Below, piece after piece: positions 61,332-64,000 of a stretch of 64,000 bases of DNA. Made by a program: the position numbers and the translations under genes. The stretch comes from Spirochaetia bacterium. Its GTDB lineage: Bacteria; Spirochaetota; Spirochaetia; CADAEX01. Below the pieces are notes generated by a model that saw nothing but the letters and a program-made list of their open reading frames with translations, had not been told where the DNA came from and did no database searches. Within the stretch, counting starts at the first letter, position 1. Each line of letters begins with the position of its first letter. The stretch is taken from NCBI GenBank assembly GCA_963662265.2, contig CAXXHA010000036.1:153132-217131 (forward strand), given 5' to 3'.

Positions 61332-62963
61332 ATGCTTGATTTTAAAGAAAAAAAGGAAGGCCTGCCTTTGGATGAAGTAGAAAACAAAGAAAATAAAGAA
61401 AATAACGGCGAAAGTTCTTCAGATGCAAATGTAGTTGTCAAGAAGAGAACACGAAAAAAGAAGATAAGAGTCGAATTAATTAAAGATTCTGTGATCTCTG
61501 AAGATGATACCGCAGAGAATAAAGCTGAAACCAATAAAGCAGAAAACGAAAGCCCTTCAGATAGTGAACCTGTTCAGCAGGAGGAAGAAGCACAGAAAGT
61601 TCCCGTGACTGTGAAAACAGAAAAAAACGGCAGAAGAAGAAAATACCCGCCTGTTGCTGAAGCTGACACCAGCGATAAGGAAAAACTCAGCATAAATGAT
61701 CTTACAAGAATGAGTCTTCCTGATTTAAGAGATTATGCTCTCAACCTTGGAGTAGTTCATGAAAATATCGGTTCCCTGAGAAAACAGGAGCTTATTTTCA
61801 ATATTCTCAAGGCACATACTGCTTCAGGCGGAATAATCCATGCATACGGATCGCTTGAAATACTTCCCGATGGTTACGGTTTCCTGAGATCCCCTCAGAA
61901 TTCCTATCTCCCGGGTTCAGATGATATTTATATATCACCTTCACAGATAAGGCTTTTCAACCTCAGAACCGGTGATACAGTAGGGGGGCAGATAAGGCCT
62001 CCGAGAGAAGGTGAAAGATTCTTTGCAATGCTCCGGGTAGAGGCTGTCAACTATGATGACCCCAAGGTTGCTCAGACAAGAGTTCCTTTTGACAACCTTA
62101 CTCCGCTTTATCCTGATGAAAGGATAAATATGGAGACATCATTCGGTGACCCTACAACCAGAATGATAAATCTTTTCTGTCCTATCGGAAAAGGTCAGAG
62201 AGGGCTTATTGTTGCGCCTCCGAGAACAGGTAAGACAATAATACTTCAGAAAATTGCAAACTCAATAACAGCAAATCATCCTGAAGTGTATCTTATTGTT
62301 CTTCTCATAGATGAACGTCCTGAAGAAGTAACAGATATGAAGAGGAATGTTAAGGGAGAGGTTATTTCATCAACATTTGATGAGCAGGCAACACGCCATG
62401 TTCAGGTTGCTGAAATGGTTATTGAAAAAGCCAAGAGACTTGTTGAGCACAAGAAAGATGTAGTAATTCTGCTTGATTCCATTACAAGACTTGCAAGAGC
62501 TTATAACCAGACAGTCCCGACATCCGGAAAAATCCTTTCAGGTGGTGTTGATTCAAACGCTCTGCATAAACCAAAGAGGTTTTTTGGTTCTGCCAGAAAC
62601 ATAGAACACGGCGGAAGTCTTACAATTGTAGCAACAGCTCTTATAGAAACAGGAAGCAGAATGGATGAGGTAATCTTCGAAGAGTTCAAGGGTACAGGTA
62701 ACATGGAAATGAACCTGGACAGAAAGATCTCGGAAAGAAGACTCTACCCTGCTATCAATATAAAAAGGTCTGCGACACGAAAAGAGGACCTTCTTCTTAC
62801 AGAAGAGGAACTTAACAAGATGTGGATTCTCAGAAAAGTAATTAATCCGCTTGATGATATTGAAATTATCGAATTATTAATTGACAAAATGAGAAAAACC
62901 AAGAATAATGAGGCATTCCTGAAATCAATGAATACAACAGGCTCCGGTGATTTCCAGGGCTGA
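61332..62963 (+). CDS. rho: Transcription termination factor Rho with a charged N-terminal extension
   Basis: [45 protein letters not shown]. Confidence 0.98.
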   Translation: MLDFKEKKEGLPLDEVENKENKENNGESSSDANVVVKKRTRKKKIRVELIKDSVISEDDTAENKAETNKAENESPSDSEPVQQEEEAQKVPVTVKTEKNGRRRKYPPVAEADTSDKEKLSINDLTRMSLPDLRDYALNLGVVHENIGSLRKQELIFNILKAHTASGGIIHAYGSLEILPDGYGFLRSPQNSYLPGSDDIYISPSQIRLFNLRTGDTVGGQIRPPREGERFFAMLRVEAVNYDDPKVAQTRVPFDNLTPLYPDERINMETSFGDPTTRMINLFCPIGKGQRGLIVAPPRTGKTIILQKIANSITANHPEVYLIVLLIDERPEEVTDMKRNVKGEVISSTFDEQATRHVQVAEMVIEKAKRLVEHKKDVVILLDSITRLARAYNQTVPTSGKILSGGVDSNALHKPKRFFGSARNIEHGGSLTIVATALIETGSRMDEVIFEEFKGTGNMEMNLDRKISERRLYPAINIKRSATRKEDLLLTEEELNKMWILRKVINPLDDIEIIELLIDKMRKTKNNEAFLKSMNTTGSGDFQG

Positions 62964-62978
62964 TTGGAGGATATAGAA

Positions 62979-63188
62979 ATGAAGAAAGATATACATCCTG
63001 AGTATACAGAAACAAGTATCACATGCGCATGCGGCAATGTTATTAAAACAAGATCAACAGTTAAAGATCAGCAGATTGAAATCTGCTCTAGCTGCCATCC
63101 TTTTTTTACTGGTAAGGAAAAACTTGTAGATACTGCAGGTCGAGTTGAAAGATTCAACAGAAAATACGGCCTTAACAAAAAACAGTAG
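62979..63188 (+). CDS. rpmE: 50S ribosomal protein L31 (Zn-binding type)
   Basis: [29 protein letters not shown]. Confidence 0.97.
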   Translation: MKKDIHPEYTETSITCACGNVIKTRSTVKDQQIEICSSCHPFFTGKEKLVDTAGRVERFNRKYGLNKKQ

Positions 63189-63210
63189 AATTTTTTTACA
63201 CAAAAAATCA

Positions 63211-63242
63211 GCACGCCGGGAACTTTTTTCGGCGTGTTTTTT
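63211..63242 (+). terminator. Terminator after rpmE
   Basis: GCACGCCG...CGGCGTGT plus a T-run. Confidence 0.8.
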
Positions 63243-63300
63243 AATCCCCAATATCTCCAAATTCTCTACACGGCTCAAAATCTCTAAAATATTTTTTTAG

Positions 63301-63334
63301 TTGCACATTCAATAATTATCTTATATTATTGAAT
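63301..63334 (+). promoter_or_regulatory. Promoter with an overlapping 10-bp inverted repeat; leaderless-type start
   Basis: TTGCAC-17 nt-TATTAT, ATG 7 nt later, no SD; ATTCAATAAT-N8-ATTATTGAAT. Confidence 0.55.
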
Positions 63335-63336
63335 AA

Positions 63337-64000
63337 ATGGAAAATCTGATTTCCCTCCACCAGAAAGAGCATGTATCAGACCCGGAAGTGATTGTAGAGG
63401 CACCTGGCTCAATTACAGTCATGGGAAATCATGTTGATTCAAATGACGGATACATGATACAGGCTGCTGTGGACAGCAGCGTAAGAATTGCTGTTTCCAG
63501 GAGGAAGGATAATTCCTTAAGATTTTTCGCACCCGACCTTTCAGAACGTAAACGTACAACAGTCATAAATATCAAATACAAGAGAGAAGACAGATGGGCT
63601 AATTTTATTAAGGGTGTTCTCTATTCCCTTGATCATTACGGCTATAATTTCAAAGGACTTGATATTACTGTAACAGGTAATATCCCTCCCGGAATAGGTC
63701 TTTCCTCTTCCCCCGCAATGGGAGTTGCAACTGCTATTGCAGTATCCAGTCTTATAGAGAAAGAGATAAAACCTGAAGAAATAATAAAAATGGTTTATAA
63801 CTGTGAGAATAACTTCATAGGGCTGAGCAAGATCCCTTCAGGAGCTTACGGGTCTCTGTACGGGGAAGAAGGTTCATACCTTTTTGTTGATCTTAAGAAA
63901 AGGGAAGTGGAAAAAATTGCATCCCCGTTTAAAGATGATTCTCTTATAATTACTGTTTCAAATGTTCCCGGAATTCCAATTGATGATGAATTTCGGAAAG
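63337..64000 (+). CDS. Galactokinase-family (GHMP) protein, divergent, runs off the window end
   Basis: Open frame to the window end; APG...MGNHVD.NDG, WANFIKG, GNIPPGIGLSSS. Confidence 0.8.
   Translation, partial: MENLISLHQKEHVSDPEVIVEAPGSITVMGNHVDSNDGYMIQAAVDSSVRIAVSRRKDNSLRFFAPDLSERKRTTVINIKYKREDRWANFIKGVLYSLDHYGYNFKGLDITVTGNIPPGIGLSSSPAMGVATAIAVSSLIEKEIKPEEIIKMVYNCENNFIGLSKIPSGAYGSLYGEEGSYLFVDLKKREVEKIASPFKDDSLIITVSNVPGIPIDDEFRK

Noticed and set aside
1-64000. Numerous 60-230 aa ORFs antisense to or overlapping the called genes (e.g. 10481-11062, 31557-32222, 34196-34879, 51542-52030)
   Set aside because: They are shadows of well-supported genes on the other strand or frame, with no motifs or RBS.
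1-64000. CRISPR array, tRNA, rRNA, integrase or intact transposase
   Set aside because: No regularly spaced repeats, cloverleafs or recombinase motifs were seen by eye; a covariance-model scan was not possible.

Overview
AT-rich bacterial chromosome segment, most likely from a free-living anaerobic spirochaete. This is inferred from the M23-bactofilin-YaaR-PSP1 and rpsT-HU-lnt-bactofilin-rho-rpmE gene order and from spirochaete-type lipoboxes. The left third is accessory: (i) the 3' part of a giant protein with a C-terminal M23-like peptidase domain, followed by a small AT-rich secreted protein (polymorphic toxin/immunity-like); (ii) an unusual membrane protein with the architecture PHP-TM-sCache-TM-PAS-CBS-DUF294 nucleotidyltransferase, divergent from a DUF485/ActP-type carboxylate permease pair, which is the best candidate for an undescribed signalling system; (iii) orphan lipoproteins. 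The middle holds an amino-acid fermentation cluster (IorAB, split ADP-forming acyl-CoA synthetase, aminotransferase, Lrp, NSS transporter), a split MetH, a Cache hybrid kinase and gnd-zwf-pgl. A TRAP operon is bracketed by an ~85-bp duplication of the purE 3' end and terminator. The right third is core genome (purEDNMF, dus, tatD, rpsT, lnt, cinA, rho, rpmE) plus an unannotated 56-aa basic Zn-ribbon ORF and a galactokinase homologue lacking catalytic residues. About 20 single-base indels at 15.6-23.7 kb, mostly in homopolymers, break otherwise intact genes and are probably sequencing errors. No rRNA, tRNA or CRISPR array was seen.
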